Positions 28,566 to 37,265 of a stretch of 64,000 nt of DNA are shown in pieces. Source of the DNA: a virus (taxonomy: Duplodnaviria > Caudoviricetes); the IMG/VR virus record IMGVR_UViG_3300031998_000008, positions 96,001 to 160,000 of that record; one strand, 5' to 3'. The translations under genes were made by a program, and so were the position numbers. The number at the start of each line of letters is the position of its first letter. The stretch's first letter is position 1. The notes below the pieces were generated by a model. The model had not been told where the DNA came from. It worked only from the letters and a program-made list of their open reading frames with translations, and did no database searches.

Positions 28566-28976
28566 ATGTTTGATTACGAGATTTATTCTAAGAAATCTTA
28601 TAGCGAGTTAGTTACTGAACAAAATAGGCTTGAAGAAAAATATGAGCAAGTGGAAACAGAATGTCTTAATGATAATTTGACATTTGCTGAGTTCTGTAAC
28701 AAGGTCCATGATGTTAAGGAACGTTTATTCATGGTTGATAAGTTTATGAGATTGAAAAGAGACCCCATTTTAACATATGGTAAAGAGTGGTCTGGACATT
28801 TATACGAAATAAATAATTTTAAGGAAATGTGTGAACATGAAATGTTTACTGATGATGATGGCATTGGATATTATGCAACTGAAACAGCAAAAAGTGACAT
28901 AATTATAAGACCATCTGATTTTGACCAAAAAATGGTTAGAGAAGATTTCACACACGTTCTTTGGTTTAATAAATAA
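28566..28976 (+). CDS. Hypothetical protein (start revised to MFDYE)
   Basis: ATG downstream of a TTTTGTATAAT promoter element. Confidence 0.7.
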   Translation: MFDYEIYSKKSYSELVTEQNRLEEKYEQVETECLNDNLTFAEFCNKVHDVKERLFMVDKFMRLKRDPILTYGKEWSGHLYEINNFKEMCEHEMFTDDDGIGYYATETAKSDIIIRPSDFDQKMVREDFTHVLWFNK

Positions 28977-28982
28977 TTTAAA

Positions 28983-29177
28983 ATGGAAGTAGTACTTAAA
29001 GTTTTGGGCATTATTGCCTTGATTGTTGTTTTAGCAATTTTGTTTTCATTTCCAACAATGTGGCTTTGGAATTGGTTAATGCCAACGTTGTTTGGGCTAA
29101 CAAAAATAACTTGGGTTCAAGCCCTTGGAATAAATGTCTTGAGTGGTATTTTGTTTAGACCATCTTCAGGAAAATAA
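28983..29177 (+). CDS. Small membrane protein
   Basis: Hydrophobic; WLWNWLMPTLFGL..ITWVQALG. Confidence 0.75.
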   Translation: MEVVLKVLGIIALIVVLAILFSFPTMWLWNWLMPTLFGLTKITWVQALGINVLSGILFRPSSGK

Positions 29178-29192
29178 AAATTTTTAATTATT

Positions 29193-29909
29193 ATGAATTT
29201 TGGTGAAGCAATTGAAGCCTTAAAGAAAGGTAAAAGAGTTACAAGAAAAGGTTGGAACGGCAAGAATATGTTCCTTTGGCTGTTACCTGCATCAATGGTT
29301 AAAGCTGAATGGTGCAAAGATGAATATTTAAAGGGCCTTGCAGAAGCAAATGGTGGTGAAGTCGAATGTCTTGGCGCTATACGTATGAAAACTGCTGACA
29401 ATAAAGTTTTGACGGGTTGGTTGGCAAGCCAAACAGATATGTTGTCTGAGGATTGGGAACTTTATGGAGAAAGTGAAAATTCTACAACCGATGATTGGAA
29501 TTGTCGTGGTGTTAGATTCTTCCGTGCAGATGTTTGTCCAATATCATTTGAGGATGCTGAAGTCAATGGCGAAGATGATGATGAGGATGAGCCAAATATT
29601 CCATGTTATGAAGATGGAAGATGGAATATTCTTATTGACATTAAGACCGGTAAAGTTTTAAATTGGAAACAAGGTGTTGAGGCACGTGTCTATTATAAAG
29701 TTGTTGATGAGGGTGTATATACCATGTACGACAATTCTATGAGAAAAGTTGATGAATATGAAGGATATGTTCCTGATTTAATGTCTCTTGATGATGAAGG
29801 TTATGGCGATTATATGAATCTAACAATCAATGAAGATGGTTTCATTGAAGATTGGCCAGACAATGAAGATATTAGTTCATATATTGACGAAGTTTTTGAC
29901 GAATGCTAA
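29193..29909 (+). CDS. DUF2829 (Tad2-like) domain fused to an acidic C-terminal domain
   Basis: MNFGEAIEALKKGKRVTRKGWNGK...GWLASQTDMLSEDW signature. Confidence 0.8.
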   Translation: MNFGEAIEALKKGKRVTRKGWNGKNMFLWLLPASMVKAEWCKDEYLKGLAEANGGEVECLGAIRMKTADNKVLTGWLASQTDMLSEDWELYGESENSTTDDWNCRGVRFFRADVCPISFEDAEVNGEDDDEDEPNIPCYEDGRWNILIDIKTGKVLNWKQGVEARVYYKVVDEGVYTMYDNSMRKVDEYEGYVPDLMSLDDEGYGDYMNLTINEDGFIEDWPDNEDISSYIDEVFDEC

Positions 29910-29928
29910 ATAATGAATTGCGTGTATT

Positions 29929-29962
29929 AAAAAAGCCAATTAATAATAGTTGGCTTTTTTTT
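29929..29962. terminator. Bidirectional terminator
   Basis: A6GCCAA/TTGGC-T8. Confidence 0.8.
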
Positions 29963-29969
29963 GTTTTAA

Positions 29970-30116
29970 TTAATTATTATAAAGTAATATATTTTTCAGT
30001 AAAATTTCATTATATAATTCTTCTTTTGGTAATTGTACCCAATTGTTATCAATTTTCTTATAAAAATAATTCGCCTTAATATATTCTGATTCTTTTTTGA
30101 TGTAAATATCTTTCAT
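29970..30116 (-). CDS. 48-aa protein, tail-fibre-terminal-like (absent from the ORF track)
   Basis: MKDIYIKKESEYIKANYFYKKIDNNWVQL...; lies between 30140..30511 and the terminator. Confidence 0.5.
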   Translation of the reverse strand: MKDIYIKKESEYIKANYFYKKIDNNWVQLPKEELYNEILLKNILLYNN

Positions 30117-30139
30117 ATTTTTAATTTTATGAAAAATTA

Positions 30140-30511
30140 TTAACTTTGTAAGTATATATCACCATTTGTTCCAATTGAATTATTTGGTGTTTCATTACCG
30201 TAATAAACTGTAATCGGAGTAACTAAAGCAAATTTTCCATTAACTACTTGTATAATTTTACCATTATCAATTGATGTTACTTGTGGTAAGTGTAGCGCTG
30301 AATTTTCTGTATGTGCTGAAAGTTTAGCATCTCTTATCTCATCGCAAGAAAATGTTGTAATTCCACTTTCGCTATTTAGTGTAGAAATTGTTTCAAATCC
30401 TTTTGCAAAATTAATTTCAATTTCTCCGTGTAATAATTCTTCTGATAATGGTAATTTAGGATTATTGTTGACAACATTTAAAGTGTTTTTGTGTATTATT
30501 TTTCTACTCAT
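30140..30511 (-). CDS. Short tail-fibre-like protein
   Basis: NGKIIQVVNGKF and TPNNSIGTNGDIYLQ motifs typical of fibres. Confidence 0.5.
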   Translation of the reverse strand: MSRKIIHKNTLNVVNNNPKLPLSEELLHGEIEINFAKGFETISTLNSESGITTFSCDEIRDAKLSAHTENSALHLPQVTSIDNGKIIQVVNGKFALVTPITVYYGNETPNNSIGTNGDIYLQS

Positions 30512-30533
30512 TACAATATTTATTATACGTTTA

Positions 30534-30956
30534 TTAAATTAAATTTAGTTCTTTTTTAGCCAAATTGAATGACTTTGCTCTTTGTATGAAAGATAGAACT
30601 TCTTGCTTATTTTTGAATTTTCTTGGAAATGAATTATCAAATACTTCCCAATGTCCATTTCTGTATATAACGGCGTTTACTTCCCATCCTAAGTAATTCC
30701 AATATTTGTTATACCAACCGTTTGCGGGATTCATATTGTCAGGGTGTTCGTACCTTTTATATGCGCTTAACCTGATGCCGCAATCATCTGAACATATTAC
30801 GATTGATTTTGGGGTGCTCTCAAGCACTCTTTCACCATTTTCATAGTCCAAGTATTCCCATTTCTTTCGATTGATTAGGATTGATTTTTCCTCGCTTAAA
30901 ATGGATTTTATTGAGTTGTATATTAATTGAGATAATTTATTTTCTGATATAACCAT
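30534..30956 (-). CDS. Tagged putative internal head protein
   Basis: ISENKLSQLIYNSIKSILSEE; late motif at 30977-30985. Confidence 0.7.
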   Translation of the reverse strand: MVISENKLSQLIYNSIKSILSEEKSILINRKKWEYLDYENGERVLESTPKSIVICSDDCGIRLSAYKRYEHPDNMNPANGWYNKYWNYLGWEVNAVIYRNGHWEVFDNSFPRKFKNKQEVLSFIQRAKSFNLAKKELNLI

Positions 30957-30976
30957 TATTAGTGGTGTTTTTCTAT

Positions 30977-30985
30977 ATAAATAGT
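30977..30985 (-). promoter_or_regulatory. Putative late promoter motif
   Basis: ACTATTTATA directly after the capsid terminator. Confidence 0.7.
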
Positions 30986-30996
30986 CAAAAGGGCAT

Positions 30997-31030
30997 AAAA
31001 AAAGGAGAGATTTGAGGTCTCTCCTTTTTT
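30997..31030 (-). terminator. Terminator after the major capsid gene
   Basis: A7GGAGAGA/TCTCTCC-T6. Confidence 0.85.
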
Positions 31031-31046
31031 ATTATTAGATGTTAGA

Positions 31047-32987
31047 TTATCTAATTTCTTGTGGGTCCCATTGTACAAGACCATCAACTTTAACAGCTCC
31101 GTAGAATCTGTTGTTAACGCACTTCTTAGCGTATCTTGTCATGATACCCTTAACAGGTGCAAAGTTTTCAGGGTTGTAGATGGTTGGGGTCAATTGCATT
31201 GGGATATAAGGTGCATAGATGTAACCTGTATCCAATAATGATTTACCCTTATGACCGATAATTATTGACCATGCTGGTGAATATGGGTCTCTATAAACTT
31301 GGTATCTGTTTTGAAGAGCACCGATTCTTTCAATACCCATATTGTATTGGTCTGATTCAGCGTTAGCGTCTGAAACGTGGAAGTATTCCAAGTTATCGAA
31401 GACTGCTGAGATTTCTGATGACACAACGATGAAGTTAGCGCCACCTCTAAGAGTTGTCTTGTGGATTTGAGCTGAAACTTGGTTAATCTTAGTCATTAAC
31501 TCTTGGTTCCAGTCCTTTTGAGTATAGTTGGTTGAGAAACCAGCTTGTCTTCTCCATCCGTTGACATCCCATCTTGCTTGCCATGGAGCAAACTTTCTAA
31601 GGTCTCTAAGGATTTCACGGTCAATTTCAGCAGCGATTTGTTCTGACAAAAGTGCTGTCAATTCTGCTTCAGCGTCAATGTTATGGAAAGCACTAACGTC
31701 TTGTGCAAGTTCTGGTGACCATGTTGCTCTAAGTTTTCTTTCTTCAACTGCAACTGTTACGCTGTCAAGTTTGAAAGAAACTTCACCGATTTCAGTTTCA
31801 AGTTCTAATGAGTCGTATTGTGACCAAGCGACTGCGAACATTGATGGGTCAATTGTTTCAGTGTAGTCAATACCTTTGTAACCGTCTAATGAGTCACCTT
31901 GTTTCTTAACTGGTTTTGCCAAGTCAAGGTCAATAAGGATTGAACCGTCAGGTGTGCAGACGTTGTTGTATTCAACCATACCTTTACCGTATTTTTGTGA
32001 TACGACTCTGAATGGGATACCTTCGTATTGTTCGAATGTAGTGTTGCCACTTTCTGATTCGATTGCTTGGTTAGCATAGACTTTCAATGAAGCCAAGAAT
32101 GCTTCTGTGTCCATTTCGTTTCCATCAGGACCTGTTAATTTACCAGCGTTGAATGCTGAGAAACCTTTAACTTTAAGCATGATGTTTCTGATTGTACCAT
32201 CAGCATATGCTTGTGGTTTAACGTTTGTACCATCAATTTCAACTGGTTCAAAGTCAACCAACATAACAGGAGTTACATCGTTAGAAACTCTGATACGAAT
32301 CTTACCTTTTGAGTTGTCATACAAGAAGTCATTGTAGAACAAATCGTAAAGAGTTCTCTTGTTGTATTTTGTTACGTTTGGTGATTTTTGTCTTACGATA
32401 GCATTTTCAATTGTCATTGTTGCTTGAACTGCTTCATCGTAGTTAGTTGCATCAGCAACGTCTGTCCATGTAAGACCACCGTCTGTTGTGTATTCAAATG
32501 CCATTCCGTTGACTACTTCGTCAGGAAGATAGAAACGGTTGTAAGTGCTACCATTTCTTCTGTCTGTTCTTTCGTAGCCCATAAGACCTTTATGTCTGCC
32601 AACTGAACCGTCTTTAACACGGCCATTGTCATCCAAATAATCCCATTCTCTTTCGCTTGTTACAGGAAGCATGAAGAACAACTTACCAACAGGAAGGTTC
32701 ATAGCTTGAACTGAAACGATGTCATTAGCAAGAAGTTTACTGAAAACTCTTCTGATGATAGGGAAAACAACAGTTTCGAATGAACCGCTATTGTCTGATG
32801 CAGTAGCTTCTGAAAGAAGAGCCTTTGCTTCGTTTTCGTACAATGTAGCGATATTTTCCTTAACTATTCCCTTGAGGCCATCGACCATGCCAAGAGCAGA
32901 CCAACGGTCATTGATTTCTTTTCTAATTCTTTTCTGTTCATTGAGTTCGATATTACCCACTTGACCAGATGCTAAAAATTCTCTCAT
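31047..32987 (-). CDS. gp23: Major capsid protein (T4 gp23-like)
   Basis: PIIRRVF..DIVSVQAMNLPVG, RKLRATWSPELAQD, AEIDREI, GYIYAPYIP, KGIMTRY. Confidence 0.96.
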   Translation of the reverse strand: MREFLASGQVGNIELNEQKRIRKEINDRWSALGMVDGLKGIVKENIATLYENEAKALLSEATASDNSGSFETVVFPIIRRVFSKLLANDIVSVQAMNLPVGKLFFMLPVTSEREWDYLDDNGRVKDGSVGRHKGLMGYERTDRRNGSTYNRFYLPDEVVNGMAFEYTTDGGLTWTDVADATNYDEAVQATMTIENAIVRQKSPNVTKYNKRTLYDLFYNDFLYDNSKGKIRIRVSNDVTPVMLVDFEPVEIDGTNVKPQAYADGTIRNIMLKVKGFSAFNAGKLTGPDGNEMDTEAFLASLKVYANQAIESESGNTTFEQYEGIPFRVVSQKYGKGMVEYNNVCTPDGSILIDLDLAKPVKKQGDSLDGYKGIDYTETIDPSMFAVAWSQYDSLELETEIGEVSFKLDSVTVAVEERKLRATWSPELAQDVSAFHNIDAEAELTALLSEQIAAEIDREILRDLRKFAPWQARWDVNGWRRQAGFSTNYTQKDWNQELMTKINQVSAQIHKTTLRGGANFIVVSSEISAVFDNLEYFHVSDANAESDQYNMGIERIGALQNRYQVYRDPYSPAWSIIIGHKGKSLLDTGYIYAPYIPMQLTPTIYNPENFAPVKGIMTRYAKKCVNNRFYGAVKVDGLVQWDPQEIR

Positions 32988-33026
32988 TTTAATTTATTTT
33001 TACTTTTTTTTATTCTTTTTTTGTAA

Positions 33027-33035
33027 ATAAATAGT
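33027..33035 (-). promoter_or_regulatory. Putative late promoter motif
   Basis: ACTATTTAT upstream of the capsid gene. Confidence 0.7.
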
Positions 33036-33036
33036 A

Positions 33037-34830
33037 TTAACAATTCAAAACTCTGCCCATAAGGTCAATTGTTTTCATTAAATCGTTACTTTTATAGATT
33101 TTTTGTTCATTTAACTCTTTAGTTCCATTAGCAGTTGCTGATGTTTCATTAAGAGATATTTGTTCTTTTCTCTTTAATTGTTTGTCTATTGATTCATAAA
33201 GAGCTTTTGATTGTTCTACAGTTTTTGCCTCATTTGAGAAACGATTAACAATGTCAATCTTTTCTTCTTTTGAAGTTGCGTTTTCAAGGAACAATTTTGT
33301 AATCTTTCCAAGGTTAACGTTTGTGATGTAAGCTTCGTTCAAACTCTTGCGAAGTTCTAAGATAGCCTTTTTAAGTTCTTTGTTTTCGTTCTTAATGGCT
33401 TTCAATTCCTTGCTTTCGTTTGTTGCTGAAGAATAACGTGGGTCAGCACTACCTGTTACCTTAACATCAGTACCTCTTTGGCTTCTTGCTTTTCTACCAT
33501 TGCTGTTAGGAATATTTGAAGCTGTTACTGAATTTTGTTGTACGAAACCGCCAACATTTTTTTGTTCTTCCATTTCACCTGCACCTGCGTTCATAACGTC
33601 AGTTGGGTTAATGTCTTCTTCATTGACGCTGCCTTGTACTTTTTGAGTGTCTTTGAATGGGTCGCCTTTTGATTTTGTTTCACCGGCCCATGGTTTCTTT
33701 GTTCCTGTTGGAACGCCTTTGTGCCAAGATTTGCCACCCTTAGAAGGTTCATTGTTAGAAAGTCCTGCTATCGGGTCCTTATCTTGGTAATTGTCTGTAT
33801 ATCCAAGGTCAACCTCGAATAGTACGTTTTCTTTACTTTCTTTCATTGGCTTTCTTGTGTTTTTATTAGTTTTCATTTTTTTGCCTTCCATTAATTCATT
33901 ATCATTATCTAAAAATTCTGAACCTTGTTCAAAACCGTCTAAATCTTCATTGCTAACATCGTCATATCCAAGTTCTCCTGGAAATGCGTCATCTTCCCAG
34001 CCTTCATAATCTCCGAATTCAACATCATCGAAAGAATTGTCATGTTCATTGTCAGGGAATCCAGCCATTTCTGAATCTTCGAAGGTTTCATCATCTTCAA
34101 AATCTTCAGGTGATGTTTCAACAACACCATCAAAATCTAATGATTCATTCATTTCTTCAGGCATTTCCTCACCATTCATATCGTCAGTTGGTTGTTCATC
34201 GTCACCACCCAAGTCAATGATGTATTCAGTGCCGGCGTTGTTATCTTGAAGTTGAAGTGTGTCACCGTCTTTCTTAACGACAACTTGGTCTTCATCGTTC
34301 AAAAGTTTATAAACCTTTACTACTGTGTCGTAGTCATTCTCACCCGTGAGGTCATATGTATTACTGTCACCTACTTGATAATCTGAGAATTCATCCCAAC
34401 CTGCTTCATTGCCACTACCTTCTGCGCCATCTTGTGACATGTCAGGTTCTGCACCTGCTTGTTCTGCGCCTGGTACTTCCTCGGCTCCTGCTTCTTGTCC
34501 ACCCATTTCAGGTTCTGCGCCTTGTGGTTGATTCATTTCATCATTACCACTTTCGTCACCACCATTCATTTCTGGATTTCCAATTTCATTTTCTGATTTT
34601 TTTGGGCTTTCTTCTTTGTTATCAGAAGTGTTTTCATTTTCGTTTTCGTCATCTCCGTCTTGAACTTCGTAGTCATCATCTTCTTCATTGCAACTTTCTC
34701 TTAAAGCTTTTTTAACTGCTTCAGATAAAAGAGTATTCAATGATTTCTTGCTTTCCTCCTTTATTGCAGAAGTGATGGCATCCATTTCCAATAATGCTTG
34801 AGATGCTATGCTTTTATTTTTAGTGCTCAT
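33037..34830 (-). CDS. Prohead core/scaffold protein (gp22-like position)
   Basis: Lies between protease and capsid; very acidic, coiled-coil C-terminus, many [LMV]xE sites. Confidence 0.75.
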   Translation of the reverse strand: MSTKNKSIASQALLEMDAITSAIKEESKKSLNTLLSEAVKKALRESCNEEDDDYEVQDGDDENENENTSDNKEESPKKSENEIGNPEMNGGDESGNDEMNQPQGAEPEMGGQEAGAEEVPGAEQAGAEPDMSQDGAEGSGNEAGWDEFSDYQVGDSNTYDLTGENDYDTVVKVYKLLNDEDQVVVKKDGDTLQLQDNNAGTEYIIDLGGDDEQPTDDMNGEEMPEEMNESLDFDGVVETSPEDFEDDETFEDSEMAGFPDNEHDNSFDDVEFGDYEGWEDDAFPGELGYDDVSNEDLDGFEQGSEFLDNDNELMEGKKMKTNKNTRKPMKESKENVLFEVDLGYTDNYQDKDPIAGLSNNEPSKGGKSWHKGVPTGTKKPWAGETKSKGDPFKDTQKVQGSVNEEDINPTDVMNAGAGEMEEQKNVGGFVQQNSVTASNIPNSNGRKARSQRGTDVKVTGSADPRYSSATNESKELKAIKNENKELKKAILELRKSLNEAYITNVNLGKITKLFLENATSKEEKIDIVNRFSNEAKTVEQSKALYESIDKQLKRKEQISLNETSATANGTKELNEQKIYKSNDLMKTIDLMGRVLNC

Positions 34831-34917
34831 TAGTAATCAGCAATTTTAATTGTTATTTTTAATAATAAATATCATTTAATTTCAAAAAAGTACGTCAGTC
34901 TTAGTGTTTTAACAAAA

Positions 34918-35628
34918 TTAATCATTCAACCATGATGAAAATTTTCCTAATTCTTCAAAAATTTGGTTCTTTTCTGTTTCTTTGCTTTCAATATATTGCT
35001 GTGGAATTTGGTCTTCAGGTGTAATCCATGCTTGTGGGGTTGATGGGTCAGAAACAACGTCCCAACATACTATTTCGTAGTCATCGGCAACATATAGAAC
35101 ACCCATTTTATTCGTAACAGTACCAAGACCCCTTGAAGAGACACCAATTTTAATTCCTTGCAATATTAAGTTTGCAACTTGGTCCCCTTGACATGTAATC
35201 ATGCCATATTTTCTAAATCCTGGACTTGTTATTATTTCAAGTTTTCCAACCAATGTGTGGCCTTCCCAATGTAATTCAACAATATTGATTGCTACTCTTG
35301 AAAGGTCAATTACTGATTCGCTTGGGTGATTACATTCACCTATTGCACGTTTTTCGGCAATTTTTTCCATGTATTTTTGGACCTCACGTTTCAACACGTC
35401 TTCAGGATATATTCTTCCATTGGCGTTTTCTATTCCGAACTTTTGGAATACTGCTGAAACAATGAAAGGGTATGGGCAATGGAAATCATCGCTTACTTTT
35501 CCGTTGTTAATATCCTCGAAAAGTTTCTTGTTTTCTCCGATTTCAGGTGAAATATATCCATCGTGTTCAATAAGAAGACCAGTTCCCGTTTCACCACGTT
35601 TTATTTCTACTAAACTTCCTTTTGCCAT
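34918..35628 (-). CDS. gp21: Prohead core protease (T4 gp21-like)
   Basis: NANGRIYP, GECNHP, GVSSRGLG, WDVVSDPST. Confidence 0.93.
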   Translation of the reverse strand: MAKGSLVEIKRGETGTGLLIEHDGYISPEIGENKKLFEDINNGKVSDDFHCPYPFIVSAVFQKFGIENANGRIYPEDVLKREVQKYMEKIAEKRAIGECNHPSESVIDLSRVAINIVELHWEGHTLVGKLEIITSPGFRKYGMITCQGDQVANLILQGIKIGVSSRGLGTVTNKMGVLYVADDYEIVCWDVVSDPSTPQAWITPEDQIPQQYIESKETEKNQIFEELGKFSSWLND

Positions 35629-35630
35629 GA

Positions 35631-36797
35631 TTATAATTCGTTTTCGTTTATAAATTCATCAGTTATTATTGATTTATCAACTTTCATCTTGCTCATTCTG
35701 TCGGTAAATCTTGTATATTCAATGTCATCTTTAGCTTTTGCGCATATTTTTGACATTATTTGTCTTCCTTTTTTTGTTCTTGCAAACACTTCTTTCATCA
35801 AAAAATTGAATTTTTCGACATCAAGTGATGCTATTCTTCTTAATAAATAAGGTAATTCATCCAAAGTTAAGTCATTAAATGATTTTGACATAAGAAGCCA
35901 TAAACTTGGTCCTAATCTCATATCCCAAGGCTCTGCTTTAAGAAAATCTGACTTTCCGATGACTATTTCAGCCATTTTTTTGTTTTTTGGTAATCCGTGT
36001 GAAATGAACAATTCCATGAATCCACGTAATGTTTCACTAAGAAGAACAGGGAATATAACACCTTGTGCTGTTATTCTTACTTGTTCACCTTCATTACCAA
36101 ATTCAACATTAACAGTGCCTAATTGCTTTTTGTTTTCATCATCAATGCCTAAATCATCTGCCATATACATTGAATAATTGTTTAGGGCCAAAATCTTCAA
36201 ATAAAGAGTGCATAACTCAGGTGAAAATTTTGAAATACTATCCGCATATGAATCAATATCAGATGATAGAACTATTGCTTCACCCATGCACAATGCATCC
36301 AATATTCTTCTTTTGTATATTTCTCCACGAATACTTGAGGCCATTTCAACATCATCGAATTGGAAATCATCATCACCGTCAATCGGGTCAACAATTATTG
36401 ATTTTGCTGATAAATCAATTGTGTCTGACAATGAAACATTCAATTCAACAGAATCTTCAGGAACGTTGAAAGTGTCTATAACATAATTAACACAAAGTTT
36501 TTCAAGTTCGTTCCTATATGGCCTTTCTATTTCTTTACATTTGTTAATTAATTTAGCCAACATTGAATTTATTTCTGTATCTTCAAAGTCATCAATTTCT
36601 CCAATATTCAATAACACATTTTTAATGTCATCAAATCTGTTGTTGGCTATTTTCAAAAGAAATGGCATATCGTATATATCAGGAATTGCAGGATTATTAC
36701 CCAATGATGTTGTATTGTTTAGTAATGCCATTTTTACATCCTCAGGTAATGAATCTGACAAAATTCCTTCGTTTATATGTTCTTTGTTATCTATCAT
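35631..36797 (-). CDS. Head-module hypothetical protein
   Basis: 388 aa directly upstream of the protease; late motif; HINEG site. Confidence 0.75.
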   Translation of the reverse strand: MIDNKEHINEGILSDSLPEDVKMALLNNTTSLGNNPAIPDIYDMPFLLKIANNRFDDIKNVLLNIGEIDDFEDTEINSMLAKLINKCKEIERPYRNELEKLCVNYVIDTFNVPEDSVELNVSLSDTIDLSAKSIIVDPIDGDDDFQFDDVEMASSIRGEIYKRRILDALCMGEAIVLSSDIDSYADSISKFSPELCTLYLKILALNNYSMYMADDLGIDDENKKQLGTVNVEFGNEGEQVRITAQGVIFPVLLSETLRGFMELFISHGLPKNKKMAEIVIGKSDFLKAEPWDMRLGPSLWLLMSKSFNDLTLDELPYLLRRIASLDVEKFNFLMKEVFARTKKGRQIMSKICAKAKDDIEYTRFTDRMSKMKVDKSIITDEFINENEL

Positions 36798-36814
36798 AGC
36801 ATATTATATCATCA

Positions 36815-36823
36815 ATAAATAGT
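36815..36823 (-). promoter_or_regulatory. Putative late promoter motif
   Basis: ACTATTTAT adjacent to a terminator. Confidence 0.7.
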
Positions 36824-36834
36824 TTGCAGATAAT

Positions 36835-36866
36835 AAAAAAAGTCAGCCGTTTTATGACTGACTTTT
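36835..36866 (-). terminator. Terminator (GTCAG family)
   Basis: A7GTCAGCC..GACTGAC-T4. Confidence 0.8.
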
Positions 36867-36888
36867 GACTTTTATTCTTTTTATTTTT

Positions 36889-37251
36889 TTATGCGTAAGG
36901 CTGACGTGGCTGACTTTTTGCCTTTTCTATTTCTCTGCAAACCCAATCATATACTTTAGGGTCTTGTCTTAAAAACTCTTTCATGTTTTCATCCCAATTG
37001 AAAAATCTATGCTGTCTTGCACGACTTACAATTTCTTGTGCCCTATCGTTGATAAGTTGTTGTGTTGATTGACTTATTTTAAACCCTCCATTTTGCTGTT
37101 GAGGCTGTTGTGGTTGCTGTTGCTGTGGCTGTTGTTTTCTACCCCAATTAAAAAGTCCTTCGTTTAATGATTTTTTTAATATTCTTTTTACTGACTCAGA
37201 AACAATTTCTTCCAATTGTTGCGGGGTTATTTGTACGGTTTGCTTACTCAT
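36889..37251 (-). CDS. Tagged Q-rich putative internal head protein
   Basis: QITPQQLEEIVSESVKRILKKSLNEG. Confidence 0.7.
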   Translation of the reverse strand: MSKQTVQITPQQLEEIVSESVKRILKKSLNEGLFNWGRKQQPQQQQPQQPQQQNGGFKISQSTQQLINDRAQEIVSRARQHRFFNWDENMKEFLRQDPKVYDWVCREIEKAKSQPRQPYA

Positions 37252-37265
37252 TGTTTTATGTGTTT

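Noticed and set aside
26563-32987. Introns or inteins in terminase or capsid genes
   Set aside because: Both are continuous ORFs with no intein-like C/S...HN motifs or LAGLIDADG segments seen
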